Source of the DNA: Nakamurella deserti | Lineage (GTDB): Bacteria > Actinomycetota > Actinomycetes > Mycobacteriales > Nakamurellaceae | Length of the DNA stretch: 32,000 nt | Reading direction: 5' to 3' | Assembly: GCF_003260015.1 (NCBI RefSeq) | Contig: NZ_QCXS01000003.1 | Span: 206,315-238,314 of the forward strand | Part shown: positions 19,585 to 26,805 of the stretch, one piece after another | How positions within the stretch are numbered: position 1 is the stretch's first letter | How the letters are laid out: each line of letters starts with the position of its first letter | Made by a program: the position numbers and the translations under genes | Notes under the pieces: model-generated | What the model was told of the DNA's origin: nothing | Database searches by the model: none | What the model saw: only the letters and a program-made list of their open reading frames with translations

Positions 19585-21033
19585 ATGTCGACCAACCTCG
19601 CAGATCCCACCGGTGCCGATCTCACCGACGAACCGGCCGTCTCCAGCGCCGACGCCCCGCCGGCGGAGGACCATCAGGCGGCGACCGAGACGGTGACGAG
19701 CGAGGAGGTCCGGACCGCCGACCGCGCGCACGTCTTCTACCCGTGGGCCGCCCAGGGCGTGCTCGACCCGCTGCCCATCGAGCGGGCCCTCGGCTCGTAC
19801 ATGTGGGACTACACCGGCAAGCGCTACCTGGACTTCTCGTCCCAGCTGGTCAACGTCAACATCGGACATCAGCACCCGAAGCTGGTCGCCGCCATCCAGG
19901 AGCAGGCCGGCCGGCTGTGCACGATCGGCCCGGTGGTCGCCAACGACGTCCGCAGCGAGGCGGCCCGGCTCATCGCCGAGATCGCCCCCGGCCACCTGAA
20001 CAAGGTCTACTTCACCACCGGTGGCGCCGAGTCCGTCGAGAACGCCATCCGGATGGCCCGAATCCACACCGGCCGGAACAAGATCTTCGCCGCGTACCGC
20101 AGCTACCACGGCGGCACGTCGGGCGCGGTGACGTTGACCGGCGAACCGCGGCGGTGGGCGTCGGAGCCGGGAATCCCCGGGGTGGTGCACTTCTGGGGTC
20201 CGTACCTGTACCGGTCGGTGTTCTACGCGACCACGCCCGAGGAGGAGTGCACCCGGGCCCTGCAGCACCTGCGCGACCAGATCATCATGGAGGGCGCCCA
20301 CACGGTGGCGGCCGTGATCATGGAATCCGTCGTCGGGACCAACGGCATCCTCGTACCACCGGACGGCTACCTGGCCGGCGTCCGCGCGCTGTGCGACGAG
20401 TTCGGCATCGTCTACATCGCCGACGAGGTGATGGCCGGCTTCGGCCGCTGCGGCGAGTGGCTCGCGGTGAACCACTGGGACGTCACCCCCGACCTCGTCT
20501 GCTTCGCCAAGGGCGTCAACTCCGGATACGTGCCGCTGGGTGGCGTCATCATGAGCGACGCGATCGCGGCCACTTTCGACAACCGCGTCTATCCCGGCGG
20601 TCTCACCTACGCCGGCCATCCGCTGGCCTGCGCGTCCGCGGTCGCCTCGATCGGCATCTTCCGCGAGGAGGGCATCGTGGAGAACGCCCGCCGGATCGGC
20701 GAGGACGTCATCGGCCCCGGGCTGCGCGCGCTGGCCGAGAAGCACCCGTCGATCGGCGAGGTCCGCGGCCTGGGTGTCTTCTGGGCGGTGGAGCTGGTCC
20801 GGGACCGGGCGACCCGGGAGCCGCTGGTGCCGTTCAACGCCAGCGGCCCGGACGCCGCCCCGATGACGGAGTTCGTGAAAGCCTGCAAGGCGCACGGGCT
20901 CTGGCCGTTCACCCACTTCAACCGCACACACGTGGTGCCGCCCTGCACGGTGACCGACGCCGAGGTGGAAGAAGGTCTGGCCATCCTGGACGAGACCCTC
21001 GCGGTCGCCGACCGGTACTACACCGGCAGCTGA
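19585..21033 (+). CDS. class-III (omega) aminotransferase, probable beta-alanine/beta-aminoisobutyrate:pyruvate/2-oxoglutarate transaminase
   Basis: FTTGGAESVENAIRMAR, IADEVMAGFGRCGEW and FAKGVNSGYVPLGG (PLP-binding Lys). ATG 19585. A TAGGGT -10-like hexamer at 19572..19577 ends 8 nt before the ATG, so the mRNA may be leaderless. Confidence 0.9.
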   Translation: MSTNLADPTGADLTDEPAVSSADAPPAEDHQAATETVTSEEVRTADRAHVFYPWAAQGVLDPLPIERALGSYMWDYTGKRYLDFSSQLVNVNIGHQHPKLVAAIQEQAGRLCTIGPVVANDVRSEAARLIAEIAPGHLNKVYFTTGGAESVENAIRMARIHTGRNKIFAAYRSYHGGTSGAVTLTGEPRRWASEPGIPGVVHFWGPYLYRSVFYATTPEEECTRALQHLRDQIIMEGAHTVAAVIMESVVGTNGILVPPDGYLAGVRALCDEFGIVYIADEVMAGFGRCGEWLAVNHWDVTPDLVCFAKGVNSGYVPLGGVIMSDAIAATFDNRVYPGGLTYAGHPLACASAVASIGIFREEGIVENARRIGEDVIGPGLRALAEKHPSIGEVRGLGVFWAVELVRDRATREPLVPFNASGPDAAPMTEFVKACKAHGLWPFTHFNRTHVVPPCTVTDAEVEEGLAILDETLAVADRYYTGS

Positions 21034-21124
21034 TCCGACGGCGGCCGTCGCCCCGGGCACCCGCGGCGGAGACCGGTGCCGGAGCCGGGTGTCGTCGGCC
21101 GCGGGGGCTGACCGAGGTCCGGCC

Positions 21125-21159
21125 CCGGCGGGTGCGACCGCACCGGTCGCACCCGCCGG
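21125..21159. terminator. perfect 16-bp GC hairpin between convergent genes (bidirectional terminator candidate)
   Basis: ccggcgggtgcgaccg-cac-cggtcgcacccgccgg, located between the aminotransferase stop (21033) and the beta-propeller gene stop (21176). Confidence 0.55.
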
Positions 21160-21175
21160 CGGTGGACAGGGTCGG

Positions 21176-22342
21176 TCAGGTGGCAGGCTCCGCGGCGGGC
21201 TGGAACGCCCTGTCGTCGACCCGGACGATCTGACCGGCGTCGGGCAGGCCCAGCTCGGCGCCGAGCGCCCAGGCGGAGGCGTACAACTCACCCTTGTGGA
21301 TGAGCAGCCCGGCGGGCAGCGGCACCTGGGCGTAGGTGCGGGTGCCGTCCGGAGCCACCTTGACGATCTGGCCGACCGTGGCCGGATCGAAGCCGGGCGG
21401 CGGCGCGCTCGGGTCCGCCGGCGCACCCTCGGTCAACTCGGAGACGTACACGTTGCCCTCGGCGTCCACCTCCACACCGGCGGGTCCGGTGAACCCGTCG
21501 AGCACCCGGACGGGCTCCTGGTGGTTCCAGTCGTAGACGAACACCCGGCCCGCCCCGGGCACCAGCCCGCCGAGCGCCGACACGTACACGTCGTCGTGAT
21601 TGCCGTACGCGATCCCGGTCGGCACCGGGTCGCAGCCCAGGACGGCGGGGTCGTTGTTCGGGATCTCCGCACACGGACCCTCGGTGATCAGCGGCAGCGT
21701 GCGCCACAACTGCAGATCACCGGCCGCGGTGCGGAACAGGATGTCGTTGCCGCCCGCGTCGGCGATCAGCGCACTGCCGTCCCGGTGGGCGCGGACGAAG
21801 TACGGATTGGACAACGCCTCCAGGGGCAGGCCCTCCGGTCCGAACTGGGGTTGGCCGTCGGGGTTGTTGTCCCGCTCGAACTGACCGAGGTCCTCGAGCA
21901 CCTCGGGGGTCCCGCCGCCGGAGGAACCCAGCAGCACCGAGATGCCGAACGGCGTCTCGGGCGCTTCGCTGCCGGGACCGGGTTCGCCGACGGCCACCAG
22001 GATCTGACCGTGCACCTTGTCCACGCCCTGCACGAGGCCGGCCCCGAGGTCGGTGAGCAACGGCGTCACCTCGCCCGACCGGACGTCGACCCGGGAGACC
22101 CGGCCGGCGTCGGCCTCGGCCACGAAGATCGTGTGGCCCCGGCCCTTGTCGGAGATCTGCCGCGGCCCGTCGAGACCCGAGGCGACGACGGTGATCCCGC
22201 TGGGGTCGCCACCGCCGTGCCCGCCGTGCCCGCCACCACCGTGCCCGCCACGCCCGTCGCCGGCCTGCGCGACCGGTGACACCAGGGCGGCGGCGAGCAG
22301 CCCCGCCGCCGACCCGACGATCCATCTGTTTCGCATCCGCAC
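21176..22342 (-). CDS. secreted beta-propeller protein (ScyD/ScyE- or NHL-repeat-like), with a His/Gly-rich N-terminal tract
   Basis: Signal peptide (IVGSAAGLLAAALVSPVAQA), then GDGRGGHGGGGHGGHGGGD. Repeated ..G.VYVSE../..ADAGGNDILF.. strands look propeller-like. GTG 22342 has GGAG 5 nt upstream. The family call is from memory of PGAP ScyD/ScyE family proteins and is not verified. Confidence 0.55.
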   Translation of the reverse strand: MRMRNRWIVGSAAGLLAAALVSPVAQAGDGRGGHGGGGHGGHGGGDPSGITVVASGLDGPRQISDKGRGHTIFVAEADAGRVSRVDVRSGEVTPLLTDLGAGLVQGVDKVHGQILVAVGEPGPGSEAPETPFGISVLLGSSGGGTPEVLEDLGQFERDNNPDGQPQFGPEGLPLEALSNPYFVRAHRDGSALIADAGGNDILFRTAAGDLQLWRTLPLITEGPCAEIPNNDPAVLGCDPVPTGIAYGNHDDVYVSALGGLVPGAGRVFVYDWNHQEPVRVLDGFTGPAGVEVDAEGNVYVSELTEGAPADPSAPPPGFDPATVGQIVKVAPDGTRTYAQVPLPAGLLIHKGELYASAWALGAELGLPDAGQIVRVDDRAFQPAAEPAT

Positions 22343-22584
22343 GTCTGCTCCGCTCCTTCGCGGCCCGGTGGACCCGGGCGGTCAGGCAGGAAATTAGTCC
22401 GGTCCGTCCGGCCCGGGCCAGACCTGTGGAGCGGCTGTGAACGTTCGGGAAGGCGTTTCCGTCGGTCGGCTCAAGCGGGTCGACCACGTGATGTGGGTCA
22501 CACCCCTGTTCGCCGCAGGGTCGCTCATCGCCGTTGCGCTGACCGGCGCGACCCGCGCGTGACCGGTCGTCGGACCGTGGTCAT

Positions 22585-22850
22585 TCGCCCGCGAGATCGG
22601 CGTCGTGGGGGTGCCCGTCGACGTCGGCGAACCGTCGACGCTGACCGTGACGCAGCGCCAGACTCCCTTCGACTTCGGCGCTCGCGGGTTGGGCGTCGTG
22701 CGGGTTCCCGTCCGAGTCGGCGGGCCTGGCGACGCTCACCGGTGACGCGTCGTCGGGTTGCCGGGCGACATCGGCGGGCTCCCGATGCTCACCGGCGTGG
22801 CGTCGTCCGTGTGCCGTTCGAGGTCGTCGGGCCGTCGGTGCTCCTGGTGG
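22585..22850. repeat. degenerate ~47-54 bp tandem repeats (about 5 units) downstream of metX
   Basis: The motif ggcgtcgtg.gggt.cccgtc.a.gtcggcg recurs near 22599, ~22650 (weak), 22692, 22746 and 22799. The period is not a multiple of 3, and every reading frame is broken by stops or frameshifts. Confidence 0.45.
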
Positions 22851-22873
22851 CGCTGTTGGCGCGGCGGCGCGCC

Positions 22874-24157
22874 TCAGCGGTCGACGGTGCCGGCCACCCG
22901 GGCGGCGCGCACGGAGGCCACCGCGTCCGCGACGACCGCCTCCACCTGATCGGCCTCGATCAGGAACCCGTCGTGACCGAACTCCGAGTGCATGGTGACG
23001 ACCGGGCGGGTGGTGGGGGCGGCCGCGAGCTCCAACCCCAGGTGCGGGGGGAAGAGCCGGTCGGAGTCGACGACGGCCACGGTGAGTTCGGCGGTGATGC
23101 GTTGCAGTGCGGCGGTCAGACCGCCGCGACCACGGCCCAGGTCGTGGGAGTTCATCGCCTCGGTGAGGCACAGGTAGGAGTTCGGGTCGAACCGGCGACC
23201 GAGCTTGGCCCCGTGGTACTCGAGGTAGGACTGCACGGCGTAACGCCCGCCGTCGGCGGTGCTCTCCCCCGGCTGGTCCTGACGACCGAACCGGGTGTTG
23301 AGCTCGTGCTCGCTGCGGTAGGTCGCGTGCGCGATCTGCCGCGCCACCGCCATCCCGGCCAACGGCCATTCGCCGTCGTAGTAGTCACCGCCGTGGAAGT
23401 GCGGATCCGCCCGGATGGCCGACAGCTGCGGCGTGGTCCAGCCGATCTGGTCGGCTGAGGAGTAACCGCAGGTGGCCAGGGCGACGGCCGCCTGCAACCG
23501 GCCGGGCTGGCCGACGGCCCACTCCATCACGCGCATCCCGCCCATGGAGCCGCCGATGACGGCCAGGAAGGTCCGGATGCCGAGCGCGTCGGCCAGTGCG
23601 GCCTCCGCGGCGACCTGGTCGCGGATGGTGAGGGTGGGGAACCGGGAGCCGTAGGGACGCCCGTCCGCCGCGATGGACGACGGGCCGGTGGTGCCCTGGC
23701 AGCCGCCGAGCACGTTCGGCGCGACGACGAACAGCTCGTCGGTGTCCAGCACCGCGCCGGGGCCGATCAGACCGTCCCACCACCCGGGCGTCGGCTGACC
23801 CGGTCCGGCCGGGCCGACCACGTGCGCGTCACCGGTGAGCGCGTGCAGCACCAGCACCGCGTTGCCGCCTGCCTCGTCGAGCGTGCCCCAGGTCTCGTAC
23901 GCCATCCGGACGTCCGGCAGCACGGCGCCGTTCTCCAGCACGAGGTCGCCGATGTCGGCGAAGCGGCGGCCCGCCACCGGATCGCCTTCCCGCCAGATCT
24001 CCGGACGCGGCGTCACTTCGACGCGGGACAGCGGCGAGACGGTGACGTCGGGGCGCCGCCCGGGAACGGCGGACAGCACCGCCCCCGCCCGGACGCCGGT
24101 GGAGCCGGCTCCCGGGTCGGGCGCGGTGCGATCGGCGTAGGCCATGGAGATCAGCAT
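22874..24157 (-). CDS. metX: homoserine O-acetyltransferase
   Basis: Colinear with mycobacterial MetX (Rv3341): VLHALTGD.H..GPAGPGQPTPGWWDG, nucleophile elbow GGSMGG, GRYAVQSYLE, EAMNSHDLGRGRGG, GHDGFL. Start is ATG 24157 or ATG 24145; neither has an SD. Confidence 0.92.
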   Translation of the reverse strand: MLISMAYADRTAPDPGAGSTGVRAGAVLSAVPGRRPDVTVSPLSRVEVTPRPEIWREGDPVAGRRFADIGDLVLENGAVLPDVRMAYETWGTLDEAGGNAVLVLHALTGDAHVVGPAGPGQPTPGWWDGLIGPGAVLDTDELFVVAPNVLGGCQGTTGPSSIAADGRPYGSRFPTLTIRDQVAAEAALADALGIRTFLAVIGGSMGGMRVMEWAVGQPGRLQAAVALATCGYSSADQIGWTTPQLSAIRADPHFHGGDYYDGEWPLAGMAVARQIAHATYRSEHELNTRFGRQDQPGESTADGGRYAVQSYLEYHGAKLGRRFDPNSYLCLTEAMNSHDLGRGRGGLTAALQRITAELTVAVVDSDRLFPPHLGLELAAAPTTRPVVTMHSEFGHDGFLIEADQVEAVVADAVASVRAARVAGTVDR

Positions 24158-24197
24158 GCCAGTTTCGTGGTCGTAGGAGTGTGAACGTTCAACGATC

Positions 24198-25601
24198 TCA
24201 GACGCCCGCGGGGGCCACTTCCGGTTCGACGGGCTCGACGGCGGCGTCCGCCGGCTCGGCCACGGCGGCCTCGTTCGCGGCGGCCGCCGCGGCGAAGCCC
24301 TTCTCCAGATCGGCCAGGATGTCGTCGATGTGCTCGATACCGACCGCGAGCCGGATCAGGCCCGGGGTGACGCCGGTGCTGGCCTGCTCCTCGGGGGTGA
24401 GCTGCGAGTGGGTCGTGGACGCCGGGTGGATGACCAGCGACCGCACGTCACCGATGTTGGCGAGGTTGGAGAAGATCTCGAGTCCGTCGGCGAACGCCTC
24501 TCCCGCGGCCGCGCCGCCCTTCACCTCGAACGCGACGATGGCGCCGCCACCGTTCGGGGAGTACTTCCGCTGCAGCGCATGCCATTTCGACGACGCGAGG
24601 GCCGGGTAGTTCACCGAGGCGACCTCCGCCCGACCCTCGAGGAACTCCGCGACCGCGGTCGCGTTGGCGACGTGGCGCTCCAGCCGCAGCGACAACGTCT
24701 CCAGCCCCTGGTTGAGCAGGAAGGCGTTGAACGGTGTGGTGGCCGGGCCGAGGTCGCGCAGCAACTGCAGGCGGGCCTTGAAGATGAACGCGACGTTGAC
24801 GCCGAACAACCCGTCCGGGCCCAGGTCGACGCCCCAGGTGAGGTTGTTGTAGCTCGGGTCCGGGGTGTTGAAGATGCTGAACTTCTCGGGATCCGCGGTC
24901 CAGTCGAAGTTCCCGGAGTCGACGATGACACCGCCGATGGCGACGCCGTGCCCGCCCAGGTACTTGGTGGTCGAGTGCACCACGATGTCGGCGCCGTGCT
25001 CCAGCGGCCGGATGAGATACGGGGTGGCGACGGTGTTGTCGACGATCAGCGGCACTCCGTTGGCGTGCGCGACGCCGGAGACGCCTTCGAAGTCGAGGAT
25101 GTCCAGTTGCGGGTTGGAGATGGACTCGGCGTAGAAGGCCTTGGTGTTGGGCAGCACCGCCGCCTGCCAGGACTCGAGGTCGTCCGGGTTCTCGACGAAG
25201 CTGACCGTGATGCCGAACTTCGGCAGCGTGTAGTGCAGCAGGTTGTAGGTGCCGCCGTACAGGCGCGGGGAGGCGACGATGTGGTCGCCGGCGTTGGCCA
25301 CGGTGAGCAGCGCGATCGACTCGGCGGCCTGCCCGGAGGCGACCAGCAGCGCACCGACGCCGCCCTCGAGCGCGGCGATCTTCTGCTCGACGGCGTCGTG
25401 GGTGGGGTTGTGGATGCGGGTGTAGATGTTGCCCAGCTCCTGCAGGGCGAACAGCTTCGCACCGTGCGCGGAGGAGTCGAAGGCGAAGGAGGTGGTCTGG
25501 TAGATCGGCAGCGCGCGGGCGTGGGTGGTGGCGTCGGGCGCCTGGCCGGCGTGGATCTGGAGGGTCTCGAACTTCCAGTCGTTGCTCACGGAGATGCTCA
25601 T
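24198..25601 (-). CDS. metY: O-acetylhomoserine sulfhydrylase (aminocarboxypropyltransferase), PLP-dependent
   Basis: FETLQIHAGQ, TTSF.F, IYTRI.NPT and STTKYLGGHG (PLP Lys). About 25 aa Ala/Glu/Pro-rich C-terminal tail. ATG 25601. Confidence 0.93.
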   Translation of the reverse strand: MSISVSNDWKFETLQIHAGQAPDATTHARALPIYQTTSFAFDSSAHGAKLFALQELGNIYTRIHNPTHDAVEQKIAALEGGVGALLVASGQAAESIALLTVANAGDHIVASPRLYGGTYNLLHYTLPKFGITVSFVENPDDLESWQAAVLPNTKAFYAESISNPQLDILDFEGVSGVAHANGVPLIVDNTVATPYLIRPLEHGADIVVHSTTKYLGGHGVAIGGVIVDSGNFDWTADPEKFSIFNTPDPSYNNLTWGVDLGPDGLFGVNVAFIFKARLQLLRDLGPATTPFNAFLLNQGLETLSLRLERHVANATAVAEFLEGRAEVASVNYPALASSKWHALQRKYSPNGGGAIVAFEVKGGAAAGEAFADGLEIFSNLANIGDVRSLVIHPASTTHSQLTPEEQASTGVTPGLIRLAVGIEHIDDILADLEKGFAAAAAANEAAVAEPADAAVEPVEPEVAPAGV

Positions 25602-25823
25602 TTCTCGTCGCCGACGGCGACGGGGAGGGCGGTCCGACGGGGCGCGACAATGCGACGGTCGACGGCGGATCGCGGGGATCGGGGTGGTGCGGGCCGGTGG
25701 GGCTGATCGCGTGCGGCGGACGGATCCGGGCGGCGGGCGATCAGCCGCGCGTCAGCGGCGACAACACATTCGTGCACACACAGCGGCGCTCCGTTCAGGC
25801 GTCCCACTGGTCCACCTGCTGGC

Positions 25824-25939
25824 GGACCGCGCTTGTGTCCCGCACTTCGCGGGACACCGGGTCAATCACCCGGGGCACCCCACCGCGTGTGGAGGGTTGC
25901 CGCCCAGCGAGCCGGGGCTTGACGCTGGAACTCATGACC
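25824..25939 (-). promoter_or_regulatory. SAM-IV riboswitch (Rfam RF00634 type) in the metY-metX leader
   Basis: The minus strand reads GGTCATGAGTTCCAGCGTCAAGCCCCGGCTCGCTGGGCGGCAACCCTCCACACGCGGTGGGGTGCCCCGGGTGATTGACCCGGTGTCCCGCGAAGTGCGGGACACAAGCGCGGTCC. This matches, block for block, the mycobacterial SAM-IV sequence as I remember it (GGUCAUGAGUGCCAGCGUCAAGCCCCGGCUUGCUGGCCGGCAACCCUCCAACCGCGGUGGGGUGCCCCGGGUGAUGACC...hairpin...AAGCGCGGGUC). The genomic context (metY/metX) is the canonical one. Confidence 0.85.
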
Positions 25940-25947
25940 TGGTCGAA

Positions 25948-25974
25948 AGTGTATCCGACCGTTCGGGGGGACAA
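25948..25974 (-). promoter_or_regulatory. candidate promoter for the riboswitch-metY-metX transcript
   Basis: -10-like TACACT (25953..25948) ends 9 nt upstream of the first riboswitch base. -35-like TTGTCC (25974..25969) has a short 15-nt spacer. Weak, by eye only. Confidence 0.3.
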
Positions 25975-26060
25975 CGGTGTGATCGCCGGGTCCGGCTCGG
26001 CCGCTCCGTACGGTCCGGCGACGGCGCGGGAGGGTTCCCCGAGAGCCGTCGTGTGCGCGG

Positions 26061-26663
26061 TCAGACCAGCAGCGCGTTGGTCGCCAGGTGCCCGGCGAAG
26101 ATGTCGAGCACCTCCCGCGCCTGGACCCCGTCGCGGCGCGCGACGTAGTCGATCATCAGGCCGTCGAGGGTCGCCTGCACCAGGGCGGCGAGCTGCGGGA
26201 CGGGGACGACCCATTCGATGCCGTACCGGGCCTCGACGCCGGCCAGCCACTGCTCGGCGATGCGCAGGTGGGTCGTGTGCAGCGAGAACCCCATCCGGGC
26301 CAGCAGCCCCGGGTCCCCCACCTGGCCGAGCAGCAGGACGTGCAGGGCGTGGTGCTCGTCGATCCGCTGCTCGATCATGTCCCAGACCGCACGCAGCGAG
26401 GTGCGCAGCCCGGTCTCCAGGCACGCGGCCAACCGGACGGGGCCGCCCGGATTGGCGACGTGCGAGTCGAGCAACCTCGCCGTGATCGCGACGTAGATGC
26501 TCTCCAGGGAATCGAACCAACGGTCGAACTCGGCCCGCCCGAGGCCGGCGGCGGCGCAGATCGCGTCGGCGTCGATCGCGCCGAGACCACGTTCGATGAG
26601 CAACGTGACCGTGCTGTGCAGGATGCGTTCGCGACCGTCGAGGGCGGTGTCGGGAGAGTGCAC
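26061..26663 (-). CDS. TetR/AcrR family transcriptional regulator
   Basis: N-terminal HTH (GRERILHSTVTLLIERGLGAIDADAICAAAGLGRAEFDRWFDSLESIY) followed by an all-helical C-terminal domain. GTG 26663 with AGGAG 6 nt upstream. The 541-aa track ORF is an extension running antisense through aac(2'). Confidence 0.88.
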   Translation of the reverse strand: MHSPDTALDGRERILHSTVTLLIERGLGAIDADAICAAAGLGRAEFDRWFDSLESIYVAITARLLDSHVANPGGPVRLAACLETGLRTSLRAVWDMIEQRIDEHHALHVLLLGQVGDPGLLARMGFSLHTTHLRIAEQWLAGVEARYGIEWVVPVPQLAALVQATLDGLMIDYVARRDGVQAREVLDIFAGHLATNALLV

Positions 26664-26805
26664 GGATCGCTCCTGTCGTGGGTCGCACCGGTCGGCGGAT
26701 CTCGGGACCGGGCGGCTGTCGTGCGGGTCGCCCGGTGTGCGTGGTGGGCCCAACGGACGGTGCGGCTTGAATAATAATGCGCACGGGCCGGTCGCGAGGG
26801 CCGAT

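Noticed and set aside
24182-24191. 10-bp perfect palindrome TGAACGTTCA in the 40-nt metY-metX spacer
   Set aside because: A 10-bp palindrome is expected by chance tens of times in 32 kb. It has no flanking conservation that I can assess and no known cognate regulator motif. Noted only because it is relatively AT-rich.
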